Positions 32,315-42,892 are shown, counted from the first letter of the stretch. The stretch is DNA of 64,000 nt from Dehalococcoidia bacterium (GCA_965197585.1 OZ240215.1:1600001-1664000); one strand, 5' to 3'. Notes: a model not told the origin generated them from the letters alone. Numbers and translations are program-made.

Positions 32315-32343
32315 CCTTTCCTTCCCCTCTCCTTTCCCTCAAT

Positions 32344-32478
32344 GAGACCTATGCATAACCCACGTTGGAGGGGCCGGGCCCGCTCGTGCTGAGGCCCTCG
32401 AAGTATGAGCGGCGGAAGAGGTAGGAGCGATCTTGGTGGCACAACACCTATTATATGCAGTTACCCGGAATTCCCTCT
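32344..32478 (+). mobile_element. MITE-like element B, copy 1 (degenerate right end)
   Basis: GAGACCTATGCATAAC left end and internal CCGCTCGTGCTGAGGCCCTCGAAGTATGAGCGG hairpin. Confidence 0.7.
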
Positions 32479-32517
32479 TTAGGTGAAGGCCAGGACGAGG
32501 GTAAGATAGGCCAAGCC

Positions 32518-33330
32518 ATGAGCACCACCCCTCCCCGCACCTCAAACCTCCTCACCCGCGTCATTACCACAGCCTTCGCCCTGCCCATAATCTTCGCCGT
32601 CATCTGGTTCGGCGGCCCACTATTATCGATAGCTGTCGCCGCAATTGCCGTGGTCGGAGTCCTGGAGTTCTACACTCTCCTAGCCATGCGCTGGCGGTCG
32701 CCCGCAACCCTCATAGGCGTCTCCCTGACTGCTCTATTCTTGGTAGGCGTTGCATTCTTCGCCCAGGTGGTCCTTCCAGTGCTTGCCGCCGCCACCGTAG
32801 TCCTCTGCCTTGGCGTGCTCTACCTGAAGCAGCGCCAGCAGTTGAAGTTCGTCGGCCCCGTGATGTGGGGCGGTCTGGGCGCCTTCCTCATAGCGTGGCC
32901 TCTCTGCCACTTCATCCTTCTCAGAGACCTCCCCGAGGGCCGATACTGGGTCTTCTATTCCCTCGCCACGGTATTCGCCGCCGACACCGGCGCATACTTC
33001 GTCGGTAAGGCTGTAGGCTGGCACAAGCTCGCCCCCCGGATCAGCCCCAACAAGACGATGGAGGGTGCAGGAGGCGGCATCGCCGCTGCGGTTGTCCTCG
33101 GCACACTGGCCCACGCCCTTATGGGCCTCCCCGGCGCCCTCGCCCCGATAATCGTCCTCTCCGCCATCGTTGCCTTGGTGTCCATGTTGGGAGACCTCGC
33201 CGAGTCCTACCTCAAGCGACGAGTCGGGGCCAAGGAGTCTAGCAAGCTGCTCCCAGGGCATGGCGGCGTGCTCGACAGGCTCGATAGCGTTGTCTTCACC
33301 GTGCCCCTTGTGTACTATTACGCCGCATGA
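32518..33330 (+). CDS. cdsA: Phosphatidate cytidylyltransferase
   Basis: DTGAYFVG, ISPNKT, GDLAESYLKR and PGHGGVLDRLDS motifs. Confidence 0.96.
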   Translation: MSTTPPRTSNLLTRVITTAFALPIIFAVIWFGGPLLSIAVAAIAVVGVLEFYTLLAMRWRSPATLIGVSLTALFLVGVAFFAQVVLPVLAAATVVLCLGVLYLKQRQQLKFVGPVMWGGLGAFLIAWPLCHFILLRDLPEGRYWVFYSLATVFAADTGAYFVGKAVGWHKLAPRISPNKTMEGAGGGIAAAVVLGTLAHALMGLPGALAPIIVLSAIVALVSMLGDLAESYLKRRVGAKESSKLLPGHGGVLDRLDSVVFTVPLVYYYAA

Positions 33331-34454
33331 ATGACGGGCGTAAAGGTCTCGCAGTCGTGGGGTCCACCGGCTCCATTGGCACCCAAACCCTAGATGTGGT
33401 TCGAGCTTTCCCGGACCGCTTCAAGGTCGTCGGCCTCACCGCGGGCCGAAACACCGACCTGTTCAACCAGCAGGTCAAGGAGTTCTCCCCGCCCCTCGTC
33501 TGCTGCCAGGACCCCTCCCCCGAGACCCGCGCCCTCATGGGCCAAACCTCCCAATGGGCCTCCCCAGAGGAAATCTCCTCCCACCCCGATGTCGATATCG
33601 TTGTAATGGCCACCTTCGGCCGCGTGGGTTTGGAGCCGACCCTCGCAGCCCTTCGCGCTGGCAAACGCGTCGTCCTCTCCAACAAGGAGGTCATAGTCTC
33701 CTCAGGCGAGCTTGTGGTCAAGGAAGCCAAGGCCTCGGGCGCCGAGATAATCCCCGTCGACAGCGAACCCAGTGCCATTTGGCAATGTCTCCAGGGTGAG
33801 GGTGAGGTCTCTCGTCTCGTCCTCACGGCCTCCGGCGGTCCCTTCCGACAGCGTCCTATTGATGAACTCCAGGACGTAACCCCCGAGGAAGCCCTCCGAC
33901 ACCCCACCTGGCGCATGGGCAACAAGATCACCATCGACTCCTCAACCTTGATGAACAAGGGCTTCGAGGTCATCGAGTCCCACTGGCTCTTCGACATGCC
34001 CTACGAGAAAATCGAGGTCGTCGTACACCCACAGAGCACCGTCCACTCCTTCGTCGAATACGCAGACGGCTCGGTCAAGGCCCAAATCGGCCCCACCGAC
34101 ATGCGGCTCCCTATCCAGTACGCCCTCTCCCATCCCGAACGCTGGCACAACGCCCACACTCCCCGCATGGGGAACTTGGCCACCATGGAACTCACCTTCC
34201 AGGAGCTGGACACCGAGCGATACCCCTGCTTCACCCTGGCCGTCGAGGCTGGAAAGAAAGGCGGCACCTACCCCGCCGTCCTCAGCGCCGCTGATGAAGT
34301 TGCCGTCCAACTATTCTTAAACCGACGCATCGGTTTCAACGACATCTTTCATGTCGTCGAAAGAGTCCTTGAGCGTCACGAACCCGTGTTCGAACCCTCC
34401 TACGAAGATATCCTCACCGCCGACCGCTGGGCCCGTGACCTGGCCTCGGGTTAG
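33327..34454 (+). CDS. dxr: 1-deoxy-D-xylulose 5-phosphate reductoisomerase
   Basis: GSTGSIGTQT, PVDSEP, LTASGGPF and HPTWRMGNKITIDSSTLMNKG motifs. Confidence 0.97.
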   Translation: MNDGRKGLAVVGSTGSIGTQTLDVVRAFPDRFKVVGLTAGRNTDLFNQQVKEFSPPLVCCQDPSPETRALMGQTSQWASPEEISSHPDVDIVVMATFGRVGLEPTLAALRAGKRVVLSNKEVIVSSGELVVKEAKASGAEIIPVDSEPSAIWQCLQGEGEVSRLVLTASGGPFRQRPIDELQDVTPEEALRHPTWRMGNKITIDSSTLMNKGFEVIESHWLFDMPYEKIEVVVHPQSTVHSFVEYADGSVKAQIGPTDMRLPIQYALSHPERWHNAHTPRMGNLATMELTFQELDTERYPCFTLAVEAGKKGGTYPAVLSAADEVAVQLFLNRRIGFNDIFHVVERVLERHEPVFEPSYEDILTADRWARDLASG

Positions 34455-34466
34455 AGCCGTGGCCCT

Positions 34467-35582
34467 ATGACCACCGTCCTCCTCTTCTTCGTAGTCATTA
34501 GCGCCCTGATCGTCATCCACGAATTTGGCCACTTCATCGCTGCGCGGCTTTTCGGAGTCCGGGTTGAAGAGTTCGCCCTCGGCTTCCCACCCCGTATAGC
34601 CTCGATCGTCCGCGGCGAGACCCGATACAGTCTGAACGCCATCCCAATCGGCGGTTACGTCAAGCTCACCGGCGAGGAAAACCCCGAAGACCCAAGAAGC
34701 CTTGCAGGGCGCAGCATCCCCGTCCGAGCTACCATCCTCACCGCCGGCATCTTCATGAACCTCGCCCTCACTCTCGTCCTTTTTGCTGTCTTCTTCACCT
34801 TCCCGCCTGAGGTAGTCGGAACTCAAGTTATTGTCTCCCACGTCGAGTCCAACTCCCCTGCCCAGAGCGCCGGTATGCTTCCCGGAGACGTCTTCCTTCG
34901 AAAAGACATCTCTCTGGATAGCTCAACCCTCATCCTGGAACAACCTGCCGACTCAGACCTTTATGGAGGCCAACAAATCGACTCCCTCCGGGACGTCACC
35001 GAATACACCGAGGCCAACCTTGGTCGGGAGGTCACCTTCCTCCTAGCCCGAGGCAACACGCCCGTGATCGTCCGGCTCACTCCTCGCGCCATCCCACCTC
35101 CGGAACAGGGGCCCATGGGGATAGGCGTGGGAGTCTCAGGTGGAGAGGTTGTCACGCGTTTCAGTCCCAGCTTCAGCGTCATCCCAGAGTCATTCCGTCA
35201 GCTCTACCGTTTTGTCGTCACCCTCGGCTCGTCCATCGGCAACATCTTCACCTCCGCCGAGGGCCGGGAGGGGCTCGCCGGGCCCATAGGCATCGCTCAG
35301 GTCACCGGAGAAGTCGCAAAGACCGGCATCCTCCCCTTCGTCGGCTTCGTCGCCATCCTGAGCCTCAACCTCGCCATCTTCAACCTCCTCCCCATACCCG
35401 CCCTTGACGGCGGACGCTTGCTCTTCGTCATGATCGAATGGGTGCGCGGCGGACGCCGGGTCCCGCCCCAGAAGGAGGCACTGATTCACCTCATGGGCTT
35501 CATCGCCCTAATCAGCCTCATCGTCCTGATCAGCTTCAGCGACATCAACCGCCTAATCCGAGGCGAACAATTCCTCCCCTAA
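34467..35582 (+). CDS. rseP: RseP/RasP site-2 membrane metalloprotease
   Basis: HEFGH, IPIGGYV, PDZ domain and NLLPIPALDGG motif. Confidence 0.94.
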   Translation: MTTVLLFFVVISALIVIHEFGHFIAARLFGVRVEEFALGFPPRIASIVRGETRYSLNAIPIGGYVKLTGEENPEDPRSLAGRSIPVRATILTAGIFMNLALTLVLFAVFFTFPPEVVGTQVIVSHVESNSPAQSAGMLPGDVFLRKDISLDSSTLILEQPADSDLYGGQQIDSLRDVTEYTEANLGREVTFLLARGNTPVIVRLTPRAIPPPEQGPMGIGVGVSGGEVVTRFSPSFSVIPESFRQLYRFVVTLGSSIGNIFTSAEGREGLAGPIGIAQVTGEVAKTGILPFVGFVAILSLNLAIFNLLPIPALDGGRLLFVMIEWVRGGRRVPPQKEALIHLMGFIALISLIVLISFSDINRLIRGEQFLP

Positions 35583-35600
35583 TCACACACCCTTTAACCT

Positions 35601-35627
35601 GTCAGTCCGAGGCTCCGCGAGGAATCC
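35601..35627 (+). repeat. 27-bp repeat A, copy 3
   Basis: GTCAGTCCGAGGCTCCGCGAGGAATCC. Confidence 0.8.
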
Positions 35628-35768
35628 AAGGCGCAAATCCATCGCTCACGTCCTTCATAACCCCTCACTTCGAACTACAGACGCAGTCCCGCCTTCGGCC
35701 CATCCCCTCCCCCTTCCTGTTGTATAATCAGCCCGTCGGCGGCCCCATAAGCAAACGGAGGTACCCTC

Positions 35769-36998
35769 ATGGTGAGATTCGGTTCCCAGCGTGACTTGCT
35801 CGGCCAGGAAATCGTAGACTTCGACGAGAGAGTTAATATAACTCGCCTCAAGAGGGAGCGCCTCGCCCGGCTCCAGGGCCAAATGGCCAAGGCCGACCTC
35901 GGCGGCATCCTCATATTCGACCCCGTCAATATCCGTTATGCCACCGGCCATCGCCATCCGGGCGTCTTCGGCATGAGGACCTTCGGTCAGTACGCCATCG
36001 TCCCCCAGGAAGGGGAACCCTGGGTCTCCGAGTACGCCGAAGACGGCTCCTGGGCCCTCGAAAAAGGCACCCTATTCGACTTTTTCCCCGCCGGACAATA
36101 CGCGCAGGACGCCGCTCGGCTCTGGGGCGACCGAATAACCTCAAAACTCAAGGATATGGGTATCCTGGGACAGCGCCTCGGCTTCGACAGGCTCGACTTC
36201 AACAGCATGGAATCCCTCCGTAACCACGAAATACCCCTCGCCGACGCCCGCATCCCCTTCGAACTAGCTCGCTCCATCAAGACCGAGGACGAAGTCTCCC
36301 TCATCCGCCAGGCCTGCGCCGTCGCCGACATTGCCATATGCGCCGTCCGGGACGCCATCAAGCCCGGCGTTACGGAGCAGGAGCTCTTCGCCGTTATGAC
36401 CTACACCAACCTCAAGCACGGCGGCGAGCACATGGACGCACGGCTCCTCTCCGCCGGTGGCAACACCAACCCCTGGGGCCAGGGTTCCACCGACCGCATT
36501 GTCCGGCCCGGAGACCTCGTCGGCTACGACACCGACATGGCCGGGCCTATGGGCTATTTCGCCGACTTCTCTCGCACCTACCTCTGCGGCGATGGGCCTC
36601 CCAATGCCGAGCAGATGGAAGCCTACAAGCTCGGCTACAATTTTATCTACGAATCCCTGGAGCACTTCCAGGTCGGGGCCAACTTCCAGGAGATCGCCGA
36701 GAAGTGCCCCGAGTACCCCGAAGAGTACAGGTTCCAGCGCTACCCCATGATCGCCCACGGCGACGGCATGTCCGACGAGTGGCCCTGCATCTACTGGCCC
36801 GACCAGTCTTGGAGCGGTTTCGGCAACGACGACGAAGTCCTGCAGGAGAACATGGTCCTCTCCCTTGAAGGCCTTGCCAGCAAGCGCGGGGCCCGGGAGA
36901 GCGTCAAGCTCGAAGAGGAGATCCTCATAACCAAGAACGGCCCCGAGGTCCTCTCCCACGCTCCCTACGACTCCCGGTTCGTAAGCCATTCCCGCTAG
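35769..36998 (+). CDS. M24-family (pita-bread fold) enzyme, DddP-like
   Basis: FDPVNIRYAT, RLLSAGGNTNPW, DTDMAG..G..ADFSRT, HGDGMSDEWP and KLEEEILIT motifs. Confidence 0.8.
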   Translation: MVRFGSQRDLLGQEIVDFDERVNITRLKRERLARLQGQMAKADLGGILIFDPVNIRYATGHRHPGVFGMRTFGQYAIVPQEGEPWVSEYAEDGSWALEKGTLFDFFPAGQYAQDAARLWGDRITSKLKDMGILGQRLGFDRLDFNSMESLRNHEIPLADARIPFELARSIKTEDEVSLIRQACAVADIAICAVRDAIKPGVTEQELFAVMTYTNLKHGGEHMDARLLSAGGNTNPWGQGSTDRIVRPGDLVGYDTDMAGPMGYFADFSRTYLCGDGPPNAEQMEAYKLGYNFIYESLEHFQVGANFQEIAEKCPEYPEEYRFQRYPMIAHGDGMSDEWPCIYWPDQSWSGFGNDDEVLQENMVLSLEGLASKRGARESVKLEEEILITKNGPEVLSHAPYDSRFVSHSR

Positions 36999-37064
36999 TA
37001 GATACTTCCGCACAACCCAACTCTCTCTTGGGGATGGGGGGGGTCTTATCCCCTCTCCCTTGAT

Positions 37065-37170
37065 GTGACCTCTGCATAACCAGTGTTGGAGGGCCCCAGG
37101 GCCGCTCGTGCTGAGGCTCTCGAAGTATGAGCGGGGGGCGGAGTTTAAGTGATCTGGATGGCACTAAGGA
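37065..37170 (+). mobile_element. MITE-like element B, copy 2 (truncated)
   Basis: GTGACCTCTGCATAAC end plus the same internal hairpin; preceded by CCCCTCTCCCTTGAT. Confidence 0.7.
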
Positions 37171-37194
37171 CTCCCTGATTGCAAGACAACGCAC

Positions 37195-37944
37195 ATGAGG
37201 CTTGAAGGAAAAGTAGCCCTCATATCCGGCGGAGCCCGAGGCATCGGCGGCGCCGTCGCCCGACGCTTCGTCTCCGAAGGGGCATCCGTAGTCATCGGGG
37301 ACGTCCTTCTTGAGGAGGGCCAACTCCTCGCCGACGAAATCCGACACTCCGGCGGCGAGATTACCTTCACCCCTCTAGACGTCACCTCCGAATCCTCTTG
37401 GGCCGACGCCGTCGTCCTCGCCATCGACCGCTACGGCAAGCTCGACATCCTCGTCAACAACGCCGGCATCACCAAACGGGACCGCATAGAGGACGAGACG
37501 CCCGATAATTGGGACCGTATCATGGAGATAAACTCCAAGGGCGTGTTCCTCGGCACCAAGGCCGTCCTTGACGAGATGAAGCGCCACGGCAACGGCTCAA
37601 TCGTCAATCTATCCTCGTCCTACGGCCTGGTCGCTAGCCCCAATTCCGCCATTTACGGTGCATCCAAAGCAGCCGTAAAACTCCTTACGAAGTTCACGGC
37701 CATACAGAACGCCACGCTGGGGATTCGGGCTAACTCCATCCACCCGGGCCCGATCAACGCCCCACTGATTCAGGAGTTTTTCGGCTTTCCCGAAAAATTG
37801 AAGATGCTGGCGTCACTCGTACCCATGGGTAGGATCGGTGAGGCCGAGGAGGTCGCCAACGCAATCCTCTTCCTCGCCTCCGACGAGTCTTCCTTCGTCA
37901 CCGGCTCCGAGCTTGTCATCGATGGCGGCATAACTGCTCAATAG
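37195..37944 (+). CDS. SDR oxidoreductase (3alpha,20beta-HSD-like), paralog 1
   Basis: [19 protein letters not shown] and NSIHPG motifs. Confidence 0.92.
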   Translation: MRLEGKVALISGGARGIGGAVARRFVSEGASVVIGDVLLEEGQLLADEIRHSGGEITFTPLDVTSESSWADAVVLAIDRYGKLDILVNNAGITKRDRIEDETPDNWDRIMEINSKGVFLGTKAVLDEMKRHGNGSIVNLSSSYGLVASPNSAIYGASKAAVKLLTKFTAIQNATLGIRANSIHPGPINAPLIQEFFGFPEKLKMLASLVPMGRIGEAEEVANAILFLASDESSFVTGSELVIDGGITAQ

Positions 37945-38054
37945 CCCGACCTAAAAGAACGCGAAATGTCATACAAAAGCCCAACCAGCCTCGTTTCCGG
38001 AGATGGCGTCTAGATCGGCGTAGGCAGATAGTTCTCACCTGTGGGGTGACCAAC

Positions 38055-38804
38055 ATGAGACTTGAAGGAAAAGTAGCCCTTATATCCGGCGGAGCCCGAG
38101 GCATAGGCGCCGCCGTCGCTCGACGCTTCGCCTCCGAAGGAGCCTCCGTAGTCATCGGTGACGTCCTGCTTGAAGACGGTCAACTCCTCGCCGACGAAAT
38201 ACAGCAGTCCGGCGGCGAGATAGCCTTCACCCCTCTCGACGTCACTTCCGAGTCCGCGTGGAGCGAAGCTGTGGCCCTCGCCATCGCCCGCTACGGCAAG
38301 CTCGACATCCTCGTCAACAACGCCGGCATCATCAAGCGTGACCGCATAGAGGACGAGACTCCCGAGATTTGGGACCGCACCATGGAAGTCAACGCCAAGA
38401 GCGTGTTTCTCGGTACCAAAGCCGTCCTCAACGAGATGAAGCGCCACGGCAACGGTTCCATCGTCAACCTCTCCTCCACTGCCGGCCTGGTCGCAGGCCC
38501 CGCCACCGCGGCTTACGGTGCATCCAAAGCCGCCGTGAAGCTCTTTACCAAGTCCACAGCAATACAGAACGCAAAGCTGGGCGTCCGAGCTAACTCGGTT
38601 CATCCGGGCCCTATCAACGCCCCCATGATGCAGGAGATCATAGACATTCCGGATAAGCACGTGGAGAATAAGGCCCGGGTCCCCATGGGCCGGTTCGGAG
38701 AGCCCGAGGAGGTCGCCAACGCAATCCTCTTCCTGGCCTCCGACGAATCCTCCTTCGTCACCGGCTCAGAGCTGGTTGTCGACGGCGGCATTACCGCCCA
38801 GTAG
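38055..38804 (+). CDS. SDR oxidoreductase, paralog 2
   Basis: Same motifs; close tandem duplicate of 37195-37944. Confidence 0.92.
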   Translation: MRLEGKVALISGGARGIGAAVARRFASEGASVVIGDVLLEDGQLLADEIQQSGGEIAFTPLDVTSESAWSEAVALAIARYGKLDILVNNAGIIKRDRIEDETPEIWDRTMEVNAKSVFLGTKAVLNEMKRHGNGSIVNLSSTAGLVAGPATAAYGASKAAVKLFTKSTAIQNAKLGVRANSVHPGPINAPMMQEIIDIPDKHVENKARVPMGRFGEPEEVANAILFLASDESSFVTGSELVVDGGITAQ

Positions 38805-38827
38805 CCTCGACTGGTTATACTATCTAC

Positions 38828-40051
38828 ATGTCTAACCGACGCCCAACCAAGCTAGTATCCGTAGGTGGCGTTCCTATCGGTGGCGGCAACCCAATTGTCG
38901 TCCAGTCGATGACCGACACCGACACCGCTGACGTCGACGCTACCGTCTCTCAAGTCAAGCTCCTGTCGGACGCCGGCAGCGAGCTGGTTCGCGTCACCGT
39001 CAACAATGATGCTGCCGCCGCCGCCGTGCCCCGCATCCGCGAGCGGTTGGATGACATCGGCTGCCATGTCCCCATAATCGGAGACTTCCACTTCATCGGC
39101 CATCGCCTCCTCCGCAACCACCCCGACTGCGCCCGTACGCTGGCCAAATTCAGGATCAACCCCGGCAACGTGGGACGCGGCCCCCGCCACGACGGTAACT
39201 TCAGGACCTTCATCGAAATCGCCCGTGACCTCGATAAGCCCGTCCGGATCGGTGTCAACGCAGGAAGCCTGGACCCCGACCTCCTTGCCAAGAAAATGGA
39301 CGACAACTCCCGCAGGCCCGATCCCGTCTCGGGTGATGCAGTTGAGCGCGAGGCTCTGGTCGAAAGCGCCATATCCAGCGCCGAGGCCGCCGTCGATCTT
39401 GGCCTCCCAGAAGACCACATCATCATCTCCTGCAAAGTCTCCCGCCTCAACCAGATGGTCGAGGCCTACCGGGAAATTTCCCGTCTGTGCGACTTCCCTC
39501 TTCACCTCGGCCTCACCGAGGCTGGAATGGGCACCAAGGGCATGGTCGCCACCACATCCGCCCTCTCTATCCTCCTCTACGAAGGCATCGGGGATACCAT
39601 CCGTTCCAGCCTCACCCCCGAGCCCGGCGGCGACCGCGCCCGAGAAGTGCGCCTCTGCCAGGAGGTCCTCCAGGCCCTGAATCTCCGCTCCTTCCGGCCT
39701 GCCGTTACCGCTTGTCCCGGCTGTGGCCGCACCACCTCCACCCTCTTCAGAGAGCTGGCCCGCGACATTCAGCAGCACCTGGACAACAAGATGCCCGAGT
39801 GGAAGTCCCGCTACGACGGCGCCGAGACCCTCAAGGTCGCCGTCATGGGATGCGTGGTCAATGGCCCGGGAGAGTCCCGCGTCGCCGATATCGGCATATC
39901 ACTCCCCGGAACCGGCGAAACTCCCCGCGCCCCCGTCTTCGTCGACGGAAAACGCCGCAAGTTTCTCGAAGGCCCCACCATCGCCGACGACTTCGTCCAA
40001 ATGGTCGAAGACTACGTCGAAACCCGCTGGGGCGGCTCCCCTCTCAACTAG
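38828..40051 (+). CDS. ispG: HMBPP synthase
   Basis: [35 protein letters not shown] and [12 protein letters not shown] motifs. Confidence 0.97.
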   Translation: MSNRRPTKLVSVGGVPIGGGNPIVVQSMTDTDTADVDATVSQVKLLSDAGSELVRVTVNNDAAAAAVPRIRERLDDIGCHVPIIGDFHFIGHRLLRNHPDCARTLAKFRINPGNVGRGPRHDGNFRTFIEIARDLDKPVRIGVNAGSLDPDLLAKKMDDNSRRPDPVSGDAVEREALVESAISSAEAAVDLGLPEDHIIISCKVSRLNQMVEAYREISRLCDFPLHLGLTEAGMGTKGMVATTSALSILLYEGIGDTIRSSLTPEPGGDRAREVRLCQEVLQALNLRSFRPAVTACPGCGRTTSTLFRELARDIQQHLDNKMPEWKSRYDGAETLKVAVMGCVVNGPGESRVADIGISLPGTGETPRAPVFVDGKRRKFLEGPTIADDFVQMVEDYVETRWGGSPLN

Positions 40052-40073
40052 CCCCCTCCCACACCCAGCCAAG

Positions 40074-40265
40074 ATGACTGACCGCAACACATATCAAGTC
40101 ATGTGGTCGCAGGAGGATGCTTCCCACATTGGGCTTTGCACCGAATTTCCCTCGCTAAGTTGGATAGCCCCCACGCCCGACCAGGCCTTCTCCGGAATTC
40201 GAAGTCTTGTCAATGACATCCTCGCGGACACGGAGAAACTCGGAGAATCCCCGCGCGCCCGTTAG
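40074..40265 (+). CDS. Orphan or truncated HicB-like antitoxin domain
   Basis: MTDRNTYQVMWSQEDASHIGLCTEFPSLSWIAPTPDQAFSGIR; no RHH tail and no toxin partner. Confidence 0.6.
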   Translation: MTDRNTYQVMWSQEDASHIGLCTEFPSLSWIAPTPDQAFSGIRSLVNDILADTEKLGESPRAR

Positions 40266-40302
40266 CCAGATCGATTCTATAGCAGCGCGGGTTATATCAC
40301 TT

Positions 40303-40329
40303 GCCATTCCGAGGCTCCGCGAGGAATCT
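40303..40329 (+). repeat. 27-bp repeat A, copy 4
   Basis: GCCATTCCGAGGCTCCGCGAGGAATCT. Confidence 0.85.
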
Positions 40330-40356
40330 AAAGCACTCCTCACCCCAATCAACCCT

Positions 40357-41055
40357 CTAATGCAGGCCTCGGCCTCTCTCGCTCTCCCCTCCCTCCTCCA
40401 AAATCCCCTTCACCACATCCGGAAAGTCCGACACGACCCCATCCACTCCCAACCCCGATAACGTACTTACTCCCTTCGAGTCCTCCACCCCCCACCCAAA
40501 CACCATCCTCCCTAACGCCTGTACTCTATCCACCAATCCTCGCGTTATGTGAAGCACACGCACCCCGATAACCTCACACCCAAGTGTTGCTAACATCACC
40601 TCAGGGTTCTCAGGCGGAGCATCCACTATCAACCCCAACCGGATTCCTGCCTTAACATCTCGCACCCTCATCAAAAGCTCCGGCTGAAAGGAGCATATCC
40701 CAACTTCTCCATCCATCGCCGAGCCTCTAATGCTCTCAAAGATTCTGCCTAGTGACCGAACCTCCTTGAACTCCAGCACGACCCCAACCCTCCCCCGACA
40801 CAAATCCAGCGCCTCTTCCAAAGTCGGCGCCCGACACCCGTCCCCCACATCCAGCCCCATTACTTCACCCAGTGCCATTTCCCGAATGACCCGACCCTCG
40901 ATAATCGGATCGTGAGCCAACACGAAGCCCCCGTCCCGGGTCTCCTGAACGTCCACCTCAACCGCATCCACCCCGAGATTTATCGCCGCCTCTATCGCCT
41001 CCAGCGTATTCCCCGGCCAATCTCTCGTATACCCACGATGCGCAATGTTCAACAT
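40357..41055 (-). CDS. Glycerophosphodiester phosphodiesterase family protein
   Basis: IAHRG, GNTL, EVDV..T.DG...LAHD and GVDGVVSDFP motifs. Confidence 0.9.
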   Translation of the reverse strand: MLNIAHRGYTRDWPGNTLEAIEAAINLGVDAVEVDVQETRDGGFVLAHDPIIEGRVIREMALGEVMGLDVGDGCRAPTLEEALDLCRGRVGVVLEFKEVRSLGRIFESIRGSAMDGEVGICSFQPELLMRVRDVKAGIRLGLIVDAPPENPEVMLATLGCEVIGVRVLHITRGLVDRVQALGRMVFGWGVEDSKGVSTLSGLGVDGVVSDFPDVVKGILEEGGESERGRGLH

Positions 41056-41194
41056 CCCCGTTCAATCTCCCTAAACTCCGATGCCTCTATCCTATCTCCC
41101 GCGCTGGGGAGGGCTAGGCTAAGGGTGATAACTCCATACCTCCCAATGCTACAATCTACACCTATCCCGCAATGCGGCAAATCAGGAGCCATTC

Positions 41195-42892
41195 ATGCGA
41201 CTCTCCCGAATGTTCGGTAAGACCCTTAGAAGCGAGCCCGCAGAGGCCGAGTCCATAAGTCACCGCCTCATGCTCAAGGCCGGCATGGTCCACCAGGTCT
41301 CCGCCGGCATCTACAGCTACATGCCCCTCGCATGGAGAGTCCTCCGCAACATCGAAAACATAATCCGTGAAGAGATGAACGCCGCTGGCGGGCAGGAAGT
41401 CAAAATGCCCGTTATCCAGCCCCTGGAACTGTGGGAAACCACGGGCCGAGCCTCCGCCTTCGGAGACGCCCTCTTCAAGCTCAAGGACCGCCGAGACCGA
41501 CCCCTCTGCCTGGCCCCCACCCACGAGGAGGTCATCACCCAGATGGCCATCCAGCACATCCACAGCTACAAAGACATGCCCCAGATGCCATACCAGATCC
41601 AGACCAAGCTGCGTGACGAGCCTCGACCCCGCGCCGGCCTCATGCGCGTCCGTGAGTTCGATATGAAGGACCTCTACAGCATGGACGTCGACCAGGACGC
41701 CCTCGACGTCAGCTACGAAAAGATGGTCCAAGCCTACAAGAACATCTACCGGCGCTGCGGCCTCCCCGCGTTGGCCGTGGAAGCCGACAGCGGTGCGATA
41801 GGTGGCAAGGACTCCCACGAGTTCATCCTCATCGCCGAAAGCGGCGAGGACCAAATTGTCCAATGCTCGGCTTGTGGTTTTGCCGCCAACCTTGAGCGGG
41901 CCTCGGGTGTCAAATCCCCCCAGTCCAAGACTGGCCCCATACCCCTTGAAGAGGTCTCGACACCCGGCATCAAGACCATTAAGGGTCTCGCAGATTTCAT
42001 TGGCGTCCCCGAGTCCAAGACCCTAAAAGCCGTCTTCTACTCCGCCGACGGCCAAATAGTCTTCGTAGTCATCCGCGGCGACCTCGAAGTCAACGACGTC
42101 AAGCTCAAAAACCTCCTTCATGCCGCCGACCTCCGTCTCGCCACCGACGAAGAAATTAAGGCCGCAGGCCTCGTCGCCGGCTCCGCCTCACCTGTCGGTA
42201 GGGGAGACCTGAAGTGTATCGCCGACGACTCCATTGAGCTCGGCGACAACTTCGTGGTCGGCGCCAACAAGCCCGACACCCACCTCCTGAACGCCAACTA
42301 CCCCCGCGACTTCGGCGCCGACGCCATCACTGACATCGCCGAAGTCCAGGCCGGCCAGGGTTGTCCCCAGTGCGGCGAGCCCCTGACCATCACCCGGGGC
42401 ATTGAGGTGGGCCACGTATTCAAGCTAGGCACCTTCTTCAGCGAAGCCCTAGGTGCGTATTATTCAGATCGCGAAGGGCACCAGAAGCCCATAGTCATGG
42501 GTTGCTACGGCATCGGTGTAGGTAGGCTCATGGCCGCCGCCATGGAGCAGAATCACGATGAGCATGGCATCGTCTGGCCCCTCCCCATCGCCCCCTACCA
42601 AGTCCACCTCTGTGCCCTTTCCCTGGACCGGCCCGGCGTCGCCGAGGCCGCAGACCAGCTCTACGAGTCCCTTGAAGCCGCCGGCCTGGAAGTCCTCTAC
42701 GACGACCGCGACGAGTCCCCCGGCGTAAAGTTCAACGACGCCGATCTCCTCGGCATCCCCGTCCGCCTCACCGTCAGCCCTCGCAACCTCAAACAGGAAG
42801 CCGTCGAAATCACTGACCGTACCACCCTCGAAAAACACATGGCCCCCATGTCCGACGCCGTGATCGAGGCTAAGGCCATGCTCGGTGTGTAG
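41195..42892 (+). CDS. proS: Prolyl-tRNA synthetase with INS editing domain
   Basis: LAPTHEE, RPRAGLMRVREF, DSGAIGG, GIEVGHVF and MGCYGIG motifs. Confidence 0.98.
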   Translation: MRLSRMFGKTLRSEPAEAESISHRLMLKAGMVHQVSAGIYSYMPLAWRVLRNIENIIREEMNAAGGQEVKMPVIQPLELWETTGRASAFGDALFKLKDRRDRPLCLAPTHEEVITQMAIQHIHSYKDMPQMPYQIQTKLRDEPRPRAGLMRVREFDMKDLYSMDVDQDALDVSYEKMVQAYKNIYRRCGLPALAVEADSGAIGGKDSHEFILIAESGEDQIVQCSACGFAANLERASGVKSPQSKTGPIPLEEVSTPGIKTIKGLADFIGVPESKTLKAVFYSADGQIVFVVIRGDLEVNDVKLKNLLHAADLRLATDEEIKAAGLVAGSASPVGRGDLKCIADDSIELGDNFVVGANKPDTHLLNANYPRDFGADAITDIAEVQAGQGCPQCGEPLTITRGIEVGHVFKLGTFFSEALGAYYSDREGHQKPIVMGCYGIGVGRLMAAAMEQNHDEHGIVWPLPIAPYQVHLCALSLDRPGVAEAADQLYESLEAAGLEVLYDDRDESPGVKFNDADLLGIPVRLTVSPRNLKQEAVEITDRTTLEKHMAPMSDAVIEAKAMLGV

